Of a stretch of 64,000 nt of DNA, positions 31,500 through 40,060 are shown piece after piece (position 1 is the stretch's first letter; each line of letters starts with the position of its first letter). The stretch is from assembly GCA_963783425.1 (NCBI GenBank), contig CAWANO010000004.1:6969-70968 (forward strand). Direction: 5' to 3'. Below the pieces are notes generated by a model. The model worked only from the letters and a program-made list of their open reading frames with translations. It was not told the origin of the DNA and ran no database searches. Position numbers and translations under genes: made by a program. This stretch comes from an uncultured delta proteobacterium (GTDB taxonomy: Bacteria; Desulfobacterota; Desulfobacteria; Desulfobacterales; QNYZ01).

Positions 31500-32364
31500 T
31501 ACCGCTGCTGGTGGCCCCGCGGGCGTGCTCTATGTGGTGGCAACGCCCATCGGCAACCTGGAAGACATTACCCTGCGCGCCCTGAAAATCCTGAAAACGG
31601 TGGATTTGATTGCCGCCGAGGATACCCGCCACAGCGGTCGCCTGCTGCGGCACTATGACATCAAGCGCCCCTTGCAGGCGTATCATGAACACAACGAGGC
31701 CCGGATCACCCCCCAAATCGTCCAATCGCTTCAAGCCGGCCGCAGCGTTGCCCTGATCAGCGATGCCGGTACTCCGTGCATCTCCGACCCCGGATATCGG
31801 CTGGTGCGCGCGGCCGCGCAGGCAGGGATCGAGGTGGTGCCTATTCCGGGTGTTTCAGCGGCGGTGACGGCGCTCAGCGCTTCAGGCCTGCCGACGGACG
31901 GGTTCGTTTTTGCGGGCTTTTTGCCCAAAAAGGGCGGGCACCGCAAAGCGGCCTTGGAGGCATTGACCAAAGAGCCGTGCACGCTGATATTTTATGAATC
32001 GCCCAAGCGCATCGAACGCTTGGTGGCCGATTTACACGCCGCCTTGGGAGACAGGCCGGCGGCTCTGGCCCGGGAGCTGACAAAGCTCAACGAGGAGTTC
32101 CTGCGCGGTTCGCTCTCGACCATGTCCCAAGCCCTGGCTGAGCGTGACACCATCAAGGGCGAGTGCACACTGTTGGTGGCTGGGTGCAGTGATGCGCCGG
32201 ATGAGGATCAATGGCCCGAAGCCCGGTGCGCCCTGCGCGAGGGATTGGCATCGGAAGGGCAGCCGTTGGCGGAGCTGGTGCGACAGGTCGCTGAACAGAG
32301 CGGGATAGCCCGCAATAAGATTTATACGGAAGCGCTGCGCATCAAACAAGAACTTGAAAGCTAA
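31492..32364 (+). CDS. rsmI: 16S rRNA (cytidine1402-2'-O)-methyltransferase RsmI
   Basis: LYVVATPIGNLEDITLRALKILKTVDLIAAEDTRHSGRLL...ISDAGTPCISDPGYRLV. Confidence 0.85.
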   Translation: MADTAAGGPAGVLYVVATPIGNLEDITLRALKILKTVDLIAAEDTRHSGRLLRHYDIKRPLQAYHEHNEARITPQIVQSLQAGRSVALISDAGTPCISDPGYRLVRAAAQAGIEVVPIPGVSAAVTALSASGLPTDGFVFAGFLPKKGGHRKAALEALTKEPCTLIFYESPKRIERLVADLHAALGDRPAALARELTKLNEEFLRGSLSTMSQALAERDTIKGECTLLVAGCSDAPDEDQWPEARCALREGLASEGQPLAELVRQVAEQSGIARNKIYTEALRIKQELES

Positions 32365-32400
32365 GCTGCGCGCAATATTCAATCAACAAGGTGAATCGAA

Positions 32401-34562
32401 ATGGATAAACTGGACGCCATCTTCTGCCCCCGATCCGTCGCCGTGGTGGGTGCTTCCACCACAGCGGGCAAGGTGGGGCACGATATTTTCGCCAACATCC
32501 TGCATGGCGGCTACACCGGGGTGCTCTATCCGGTCAATCCCGGGGCCAGATCGGTCTTGAGCGTGCGCGCTTTCGCGCGTATCACCGATATTCCCGACGA
32601 GATCGACCTGGCGATGATCATCCTGCCGCCCCGCCTGGCCGAGAGAGCCGTCAAGGAGGCCATCGAAAAAGGGGTCAAGGGGCTCGTGATCGTATCGGCC
32701 GGGTTCAGGGAAGTGGGCGGCGAAGGGGTTGAGATCGAAGACGCGACTCGTGGCCATGTGCCGCGAGGCCGGGGTGCGCCTGGTGGGGCCCAACTGCCTG
32801 GGGGTGATCAACCCGCTGCCCGCTGTCCGGCTCAACGCCAGTTTTTCGGCGCGCATGCCCAAGGCCGGCAACATCTCTTTCATCTCCCAGAGCGGCGCCC
32901 TGTGCACGGCGGTGCTGGACTTTGCCGCCGATCGCGAATTCGGTTTTTCCAAGTTCATCTCCATCGGCAACAAGGCCGACGTGGACGAACTGGACCTGCT
33001 GCGCTACCTGCACAGGGATCGTGAAACCGAAGTGATCATGATCTACCTGGAGGAGCTGCGGCGCGGTCCCGAGTTCATCGAGGCGGTCAAGGAGATCACT
33101 TCCGGCGACCGTCCCACGCCGGTACTGGTGATCAAGTCCGGGCGCACCAGCGCCGGCGCCGAGGCGGCAGCTTCGCACACCGGGGCCCTGGCCGGTTCCG
33201 AGGCGGTTTACGACTGCCATTTTCAAGCAGTCTGGCATCATCCGGGTGGAGACCATCGATGAACTGTTCGACTTCGCCACCGCTTTTTCCTACAAGAACG
33301 AAGTCGCAGTTGGGCAAGTTGCGCAAAAAGGTGCCCGAGGGCAACCGCGTGGCCATCATCACCAACGCCGGCGGACCGGGAATCGTGGCCACGGACATGA
33401 CCATCTCTTCGGGCCTGGAACTGGCCCGCTTTCACCCCGGAGACCGTGGAGGTGCTGGCCAGCCACCTGCCCCGACCGCCAACCTGCAACAACCCGGTGG
33501 ACGTGATCGGTGACGCCTCGCAGGAGCGTTACGAAAACGCCCTGTCGGCCGTGATCAAGGATGAAGGCGTGGACGGCGCCCTGGTGATTCTGACGCCCCA
33601 GTCCATGACCAACGCCCTCGGCACGGCCGAAGCCATCGTCCGGATCGCCCGGCGCTCCGCCAAGCCCATCGTGTGCTGTTTCATGGGCATCATGGACGTT
33701 TCGGCCGGGGTGAAGTATCTGCAGGAAAACGGCATCCCGGTCTATCAAGTTCCCCGAAAACGCGCGCCAAGGCCTTCGGGGCACTTTACCGTTACTCGCG
33801 CTGGCTCAACCGCCAGATCTTGCGCCCGTTCGAGTTCAAGCATGACAGCGCGGGCGCGGCCAAGATCATCGCCGACTGCCTGGCCGCCGGGCCGCACCTA
33901 TCTGGGCGAAGCTCGAAGGGCTCGAGTTGCTGGCGTGTTATGGCTTCAACGTGCTGCCCACCCGCGCTGGCCGACAGCGCCGAGGCGGCCGTGGCTCTCG
34001 CCGAGGAGATCGGCTATCCGGTGGTGATGAAGATCGTATCGCCCCAGATCGTCCACAAATCGGACGCCGGCGGGGTGAAGGTCGGCCTTGAGGACGCCGC
34101 CGCGGTGCGGGAGGCCTTCGACGACATCGTCGCCAATGCCCGGCGTTCAAGGCCGGAGCCGAAATCAGCGGGGTGCTGGTGCAGCAGATGGCCCCACCGG
34201 GCGAGGAGGTGATTCTGGGCATGAACCGCTATCCCGATCTTCGGCCCGCTGCTGATGTTCGGCACCGGCGGCATCTTCGTGGAGGTGTTTCAGGATGTGC
34301 TTTCCGGCTGGCGCCCATCGGCCGCAACGAGGCGCGGAGGATGATCCGGAGCATCAAGGGCTACCGCATGCTGACAGGCTTTCCGCGGGCCGCCGGCGCG
34401 CGATATCGAGGCCATCGAAACGGCTTCTGGTGAGCCTGTCGGAGATGGTGCTGGCCCACCCGGAGATCCAGGAGACTGGACATCAACCCCTTGCGGGTGC
34501 ACGCGGCCGGCCAGGGCGCCACGGTGGCCGATTGCCGCATTATCCTTAAAGCGGGGGCCTGA
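32401..34562 (+). CDS. ADP-forming acetyl-CoA synthetase / acetate-CoA ligase family protein (CoA-binding + ATP-grasp), about 6 apparent frameshifts
   Basis: MDKLDAIFCPRSVAVVGAST..GKVGHDIFANIL..GVLYPVNP (CoA-binding), then GPNCLGVINP...SQSGALCTAVLD, PVLVIKSGRTSAGAEAAASHTGALAGSEAVYD, ITNAGGPGIVATD and an ATP-grasp part YPVVMKIVSPQIVHKSDAGGVKVGL. These are spread over all three forward frames. Confidence 0.75.
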
Positions 34563-35140
34563 TGTCCGGGGCTGATACGGGGGACTTGTTTCCAGTGGTA
34601 CTGGCGGTTCCTGAAGATCAGCGCCTGCCGCGCGGCCGTGAGCAGGTAAAAAATTTGAGTGCTCTGGCCCGACAGGCCCTTCAAATTTCAGCCGACAGGA
34701 GCGGCCACGTTCTCGGCGAGCTGCAAAAAGAGGCCAATGGCCGGCCGCTTCCCTGCCGGGGGATCTATTGGTCGCTGACCCACAAACCGTGCTACGTGGC
34801 CGCGGTGTGCGCGCCCTTTGCGGTGGGAATCGACATCGAGCAGATCAAGCCGGTCAAGCCCGCGTTGTTTGCCAGGGTGGCTGGCGAAGCGGAGTGGCAG
34901 ATGATGGGCCGCTCGGAGGCGGCCTTTTTCAGAGCCTGGACCGCCAAGGAGGCGGTGGTCAAAGCCGAGGGGGTGGGGTTTGCCGGGTTTAGCCGTTGCC
35001 GGATAGTGGACTTGATCTCAGAGGATCAGATGCAGCTTACCTTCGATGAACGACGATATTACATTCACTTTTCCCACCGCGACGGCCATCTGACGGCCGT
35101 TACCGTCCGAAATGGCTGTTGCCATTGGATCTATCTGTAG
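34562..35140 (+). CDS. 4'-phosphopantetheinyl transferase (Sfp-type)
   Basis: The ATG overlaps the preceding TGA (ATGA). Motifs are GIDIEQIKP and FFRAWTAKEAVVKAEG. Confidence 0.75.
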   Translation: MSGADTGDLFPVVLAVPEDQRLPRGREQVKNLSALARQALQISADRSGHVLGELQKEANGRPLPCRGIYWSLTHKPCYVAAVCAPFAVGIDIEQIKPVKPALFARVAGEAEWQMMGRSEAAFFRAWTAKEAVVKAEGVGFAGFSRCRIVDLISEDQMQLTFDERRYYIHFSHRDGHLTAVTVRNGCCHWIYL

Positions 35141-35207
35141 AAACGAGAGAGATCGTTCCAGCCCACGATAGTAAAAAATTATCAAGAAACGGGGAAGAAT
35201 CGCAGCC

Positions 35208-36186
35208 ATGATGAGCCAGAAAGAGCGCTTTCTGAAGACCATGCTGGGAGATGGGGCGGACAGATTCCCCTTTTTCGATCTTGAGCCGGCTGACGACACG
35301 GTAATGCGGTGGCGGCGGGAAGGCCTGCCGCCAGGTATATCCGTAGCCGCATATTTCAACCTGGAACACCACCATTCGGTGGGACTGACCATTCGCAGCT
35401 TTCCCTATTACCAAAAAGCATCCCAACTGCTCACGGACCCCGCTTCTTTCTCCCGCTACTATGACCCCGATGAACCCTCCCGCTACGCGAAAAATTTTGT
35501 GGCCCGCGGCAGACGACTGGCACAAGAGGGTCGCGTTATCTATGTTGATGCTTCCGGCGGCGGCCTGCTGCAGATGCTGGGCGTAGGGGACTGGGAGTCG
35601 CTGGTGACCGCCTGTCGGGCGCTCATGGAACAACCACGTTTGGTGGAAGATCTGCTGAACCGAACCACCGATTTCTATTGCATCTGCCTTGAGCGGGTGC
35701 TTTCCAGGGTGCCCGTGGATTATGCCAGTTTTTATGAGCCCATCGCCGCCAATATCGGACCTGTGATTTCCCCGGCCATGTTCGAACGCTTTGCCATGCC
35801 GGGTTACCGGAAGGTGCTGGCACTGTTGGAGAAATTCGAAGTTCCTTTGCGAATCTTCTGTACCACCGGCGGTGACTTGACCGCCTTGTTGCCGCCCTTG
35901 ATCGAAGCTGGCATCAACGTTCTCTGGGTAAGCAATATCAAGAACGCCGGAATGGCATATGCCGCACTGCGCCGCACCTACGGGCCGGAAGTGGCCCTGA
36001 TCGGCGGGATCGATTCGAGTGCATTGAGCCGGGATCAGAGAGCCGTACACCGGGTCGGTGGCGGAAACCGTTCCGCCCTTGCTCGAAAGCGGCCGCTATC
36101 TTCCCTGCCTCGACGACCGGCCACGGAGCAACGTCGCTTTCAAACAGTATAGGCTATTCAGGGAAACGCTTGCCGAATACGCTTAG
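35208..36186 (+). CDS. Uroporphyrinogen decarboxylase (URO-D) family protein, one apparent frameshift near 36050
   Basis: MSQKERFLKTMLGDGADRFPFFDLEP... The body is URO-D/MtaA-like. The C-terminus VAETVPPLLESGRYLPCLDDRPRSNVAFKQYRLFRETLAEYA is only readable after a frame change, with the stop at 36184-36186. Confidence 0.55.
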
Positions 36187-36549
36187 CCAAGAACTGCGTT
36201 GGATAATTTTTACACATGTACCGTCAGGAATTTTCAGACAGGCGCACTCCATTCCGCGCGGTATGGAGTCTCGCGCCCTCTTGTTTTATCTTGAAAATCA
36301 TCTCCAATTTTCGATAATCAGGACGCGTTTGAGCGTCATCGTAAGGGCAAGCTAAGTACGCAGGCCTCGGCTATAGAATCCTGCGATGACGATCGTTTTA
36401 CACCTATAGGTGTACACCTCCGCACATTTCGGCTGAGTAATACTGGATGCGGAATGGTCCAAAAACAGGTCAGCCATCACAAGTCAAAAACCAAAGCAAC
36501 AATTTTAGCGGCAACCTGGTCTAATCCGGCGATTTCGTATGTATTATGG

Positions 36550-37151
36550 TCATTCCTTTATAAGTATATAATTATTGCCGCCCGTACTAACAAAAATCCT
36601 ATCATCGTTGCAATTTATCCTGCCACTGATACATGGGTAAGCATCATTCCCGTGAAGGGGTAATTAAAGATCCAGGTGTTCCCTTGAGGAGAGCAAAGCC
36701 ATCACCAGTGGCATAATTGCCATCACCAGGATTTATAAAAGTAGTATACCTATCTACGTGCACATAGGCCAGTCTAACGAAAATCAAATTAGGCAGCATT
36801 AGAATATCATGTTTATAAGTACCCATCAAGAGTAGAAAAGTCACAGCCCACCTCAGTGGTGGTTGGTGTTGCGGTTGTGGTCGGTGACGCAGTGGTGTTT
36901 GGTGACGCAGTGGTGTTTGGTGACGCAGTGGTGTTTGGTGACGCAGTGGTGTTTGGCCCTGGGGGGCTTGTTTGCGCATGCGCAGGCAGGATGACTTTTT
37001 CGACCATCGGTCTCATCCACTGCGGAGGTAATGCGGACACCGTTGCAGCGGCCGTACCGCCAAAAACGATTTTTTTAAGCGCCTTGCGGCGGGATTCACC
37101 TTTTTCCACTTCGTCACTGTTTATCTGGTTGTAATCAAAATTTCTCCCCAT
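36550..37151 (-). CDS. Leader-family protein P1: Tat-like conserved leader, Thr/Pro tandem-repeat linker, small Cys-bounded domain; at least 3 frame breaks
   Basis: GGAGGAAG RBS. MGRNFDYNQINSDEVEKGESRRKALKKIVFGGTAAATVSALPPQWMRPMVEKVILPAHAQTSPPGP(NTTASP)x4 TTTATPTTTEVGCDFSTLD continues in other frames as GTYKHDILMLPNLIFVRLAYVHVDRYTTFINPGDGNYATGDGFALLK / QGNTWIFNYPF / GNDAYPCISGRINCNDDRIFVSTGGNNYILIKE. It is collinear with paralog P2. Confidence 0.55.
36883..36954. repeat. Four perfect tandem copies of the 18-bp unit ggtgacgcagtggtgttt (encodes NTTASP on the minus strand)
   Basis: Counted directly: units at 36883-36900, 36901-36918, 36919-36936 and 36937-36954. Confidence 0.95.
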
Positions 37152-38046
37152 TTTACTTCCTCCGCTGTTGATATGAATAGCAATAAGCGATTGGGTTTGC
37201 CCATAAAACGAAAACGGGCAGGAAAAAATTACTGATATCATAGCCTGCTAAACAGGCTGTCGCTTCATTGGCCAAAACCGCTGTAGCATCTTTCGCGGGA
37301 GTTAAATACAACCATCGGCCAGATCATTTGTGTGCTGAATCCGAGCCGGCTAGTACCAACAGGCCCATTGCACCGGTTCAAGGCGCATGTCAGTCAGCGC
37401 TTTGACCCTGGATTTCAAACAAAAACAAATCGATCGCAACATGTGGGCTATTGACACCCGTTTGATGAACTCTGTTTAACCCTGGGGTTGCCACGCAAAG
37501 AAAATCCGCAAACATGCCGAGGTTGCGGCACAGCGGCACAAGCCGGCCATACAGCAGGTTCGAATCTTTAAGCAGGATCTTTATCATCATCGCCAGGTGA
37601 CAGGACCATTGCCTCGCTCGGCACTTTTCTGATGAGCCATGTCAAGTTCAATTCATTGGTAACGTTCAAAAGTTGTGGCATCCATAAAAAACCAAGTCGG
37701 ATAGCCTTCATCATCTGGGAGGTCAAGGGTCAAGATAAACGGCTACGCCGCCCTTGACATCCCAAATTATTCCGGCTTGTTGGCAGTTAAGGGATGAATG
37801 AATTCACCTTATCAAAAGATGAGATTCTTATCGAACCCAAAGACTGCGTAAACATCGTATCAAAAATTTGGAATAATATTAATACATTTGATAAATTATT
37901 TCAAGTTTCTATTGATATTTACGGTCCCGGTTTTGTTTTATTTTTGGTTCATCCGGAAAATGCGTACTTAAAGCTTGAAAAAGAGTGGACAAGCAGGTTT
38001 CTCTTTTTAGAGTTTGCGCAAACATCCAAAAAGAAGGGAGCCCATC

Positions 38047-38400
38047 ATGTCCACCAGCCTCTTGTATCATGGATTCGGTATCCGCGGCTATCAGTACCTT
38101 CGTACACGTTTCCAAAAGGGCCAAGTGATTTTCACGGTCAAAAAGAAACCCTTGAGCGGCAGGTACTCAAAGGCACCCGCTGGTTGCTACTGAAAAACCC
38201 CGAAAACCTCGATCCGGATCCTGAAAAAAGAGAAAAAGAGCGTCTACAGCAAGCCTTGGAACTTAATGTGCCGCTTGCCAAAGCCTACTATCGCAAAGAT
38301 GAATTGCGTGAGTTCTGAAAATTCTCCACGAAACAAGAGGCCACCACGTGGCTCGATCAATGGATCAACACGGCCCGCGAGACCAAAATATCGATGCTCA
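38047..38400 (+). pseudogene. ISL3-family transposase remnant (internally deleted, nonsense codon)
   Basis: MSTSLLYHGFGIRGYQYLRTRFQKGQVIFTV (ISL3 N-terminus) jumps to ...VLKGTRWLLLKNPENLDPDPEKREKERLQQALELNVPLAKAYYRKDELREF-TGA-KFSTKQEATTWLDQWINTARETKISML (ISL3 C-terminal region). The TGA at 38316-38318 sits where ISL3 transposases have Trp. Confidence 0.65.
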
Positions 38401-38695
38401 TCAAAGGTGAGAGTCCCTTGTGCCATTCGACCTTATTTTTCAACCAAGCTATCTGGTCGTAGAACCCGACTCGTGCTGGCTTGTAGGGCAGACTTTCTTC
38501 ACTTCAAAAAATGCGAATCCGACTTGCAGATGACGCCTTGAAGCCGCCCACGCCCTTACTTGCTGACATTTTCATTCAACAGCATTGAACACATCTTATG
38601 GGTGTACCGCCTCAACATACTTCTGGCAGAGATAATACTGGATGCGGAGATGATCCAATAATCTGTAAGGCACCAGCAGGTCAAACTAAAGGCAA

Positions 38696-39273
38696 CTATT
38701 TTAGCGGTACCAAATCTTTCGTAAGTATATAATTATTGCCTCCAGTTCTAATGAAAATTCTATCATCGTTGCAATTTATGCTGCCACTTATAGATGGGTA
38801 AGCATCATTACCTTGAAGAGCGTAATCAAAGTAAAAGGTGTTCCCTTGAAAAGAGCCAACACCATCACCATAAGCATAGTTACCATCACCAGGATTTATA
38901 AAAGAATATACTTCATTTATGCCATGTAGTCTGACTAATATAGTCTGAGGAGGAGCATTAGGAGAATAATGTTTATAATTACCAGTAAGAGTATCAAAGT
39001 TGCAGCCCACCGTAGTGGTGGTTGGTGTTGCAGTGGTGGTTGGTGTTGCAGTGGTGGTGGTGTTGCAGTAGTGGTTGGCCCTGGGGGACTTGTTTGCGAA
39101 TGCGCAGGCAGAACAACTTTTTCGACTACCGGCCTTACCCACTGGGGAGGTAATGCAGATACCGCTGTCACGATCGTGCTACCAAAAACGATTTTTTTTA
39201 GAGCTTTGCGGCGGGACTCACTTTTTTCTACCTCGTTACTGTGTGTCTGGCTGGAATCATTTTTTCTCCCCAT
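38696..39273 (-). CDS. Leader-family protein P2 (paralog of P1), one frame break inside its tandem repeat
   Basis: GGAGGAGGAAAA RBS. MGRKNDSSQTHSNEVEKSESRRKALKKIVFGSTIVTAVSALPPQWVRPVVEKVVLPAHSQTSPPGPTTTATP.. then TTTATPTTTATPTTTTVGCNFDTLTGNYKHYSPNAPPQTILVRLHGINEVYSFINPGDGNYAYGDGVGSFQGNTFYFDYALQGNDAYPSISGSINCNDDRIFIRTGGNNYILTKDLVPLK. Confidence 0.6.
39015..39067. repeat. Tandem 18-bp unit gtggtggttggtgttgca x2 plus a 17-nt third unit (one T missing)
   Basis: Units are at 39015-39032, 39033-39050 and 39051-39067. The 17-nt unit coincides with the P2 frame break. Confidence 0.9.
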
Positions 39274-39550
39274 TTTTCCTCCTCCACTAGTGGTGGGAAT
39301 AGATATCTGCGATTGGGTTCGCCCAAAAAATTGAACACGGATCAAAACAAACTGCTGATATCATAGCCAATTAAAATCTGAATCGTACGATTAAAACTCC
39401 CAGGGCTGTCACGTACCTTATTTTTCCCGCTTTCAATACCTTTGTCTTGCTTTGGGGTCCCGAAACTGTAATGAAATCGTTTAACACTTTACAGATAAAT
39501 TAAAATTATCGTTCCCTAAAGGATATAAATACTCTTACCAATTATAATAT

Positions 39551-39577
39551 CGCGGTTATCCATAAAGCTCCAGTAGG
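39551..39577 (+). repeat. 27-nt motif cgcggttatccataaagctccagtagg (third copy of the motif at 41644 and 41791)
   Basis: Has 2 mismatches to the reverse complement of 41791-41817. Flanking bases also resemble the sequence around 41635-41700. Confidence 0.7.
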
Positions 39578-40060
39578 CGAAATCACGACCTCTGTGAAGC
39601 TTAAAACACGACCATATCAGAATCAATTTTTCCAATTTTACAATTGGTTATCTAAAATGCTCCGATTTAGTGCCAATGCAAATCTGGTAACATTTTGCCC
39701 AACTAGAGTTTTATTGATAATCGCGTATAATATTTCAGTTTGTCCAAGTTCAATGCTTGCTCGCATTTTAGCACCAGAAGTATTCCTTGTATTTCGAGGG
39801 CTAAAATTGGCGCCAGACACAGAAATTGGGAAAAGCGGTCATCCAGAAAGCTCGAGTTGAAACCATTTGCATCACAGGTGATCATCTTAGATTTGACTGG
39901 TAAATTGCAGTTTCTTATTGAAATATCAATAAATTGAATCAGGATTGAAAATGTTGACTCAGATCCCATTGGGTGCCTACTTGAGCTTTCTGAATAACCG
40001 CATTGGGAAATATGTGGCGCTTTAAGAAAAAGATAATTGAAGCTACCCGCCGCAAGCCGG

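Noticed and set aside
36883-36954. Short perfect direct repeats, considered as a possible CRISPR array.
   Set aside because: The units are directly tandem with no spacers, are only 18 bp long, and lie in frame within a coding region where they encode a Thr/Pro linker.
37551-37570. GGTTCGAATC, a tRNA T-loop-like string.
   Set aside because: The flanking bases cannot form a T-stem (gcagg versus cttta), and no acceptor or anticodon arms can be drawn. No tRNA is present.
37390-37720. Minus-strand peptide-like stretches (..LDLPDDEGYPTWFFMDATTFERYQ and ..LLKDSNLLYGRLVPLCRNLGMFADFLCVATPG..), considered as a gene.
   Set aside because: They are short, bounded by stops, lie in different frames and have no start or RBS. 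They are probably remnants of a destroyed gene, and I cannot assign them.
38316-38318. An in-frame TGA inside the ISL3-like reading frame, considered as a possible second recoding (Sec) site.
   Set aside because: The TGA replaces a conserved Trp (TGG) position of ISL3 transposases. The gene is also internally deleted and truncated, so a plain nonsense mutation in a dead element is the better reading.
37794-38318. The 174-aa track ORF, considered as a genuine gene.
   Set aside because: It is a chimera. An AT-rich non-homologous N-terminal part reads into out-of-frame and in-frame pieces of the ISL3 transposase remnant.
36550-39273. P1/P2 as RiPP precursor peptides (conserved leader plus variable core).
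   Set aside because: The products are about 190-200 aa with a folded-looking cargo domain. No modification enzyme, protease or exporter gene is adjacent. The leader has Tat-like and signal-peptide-like features instead.
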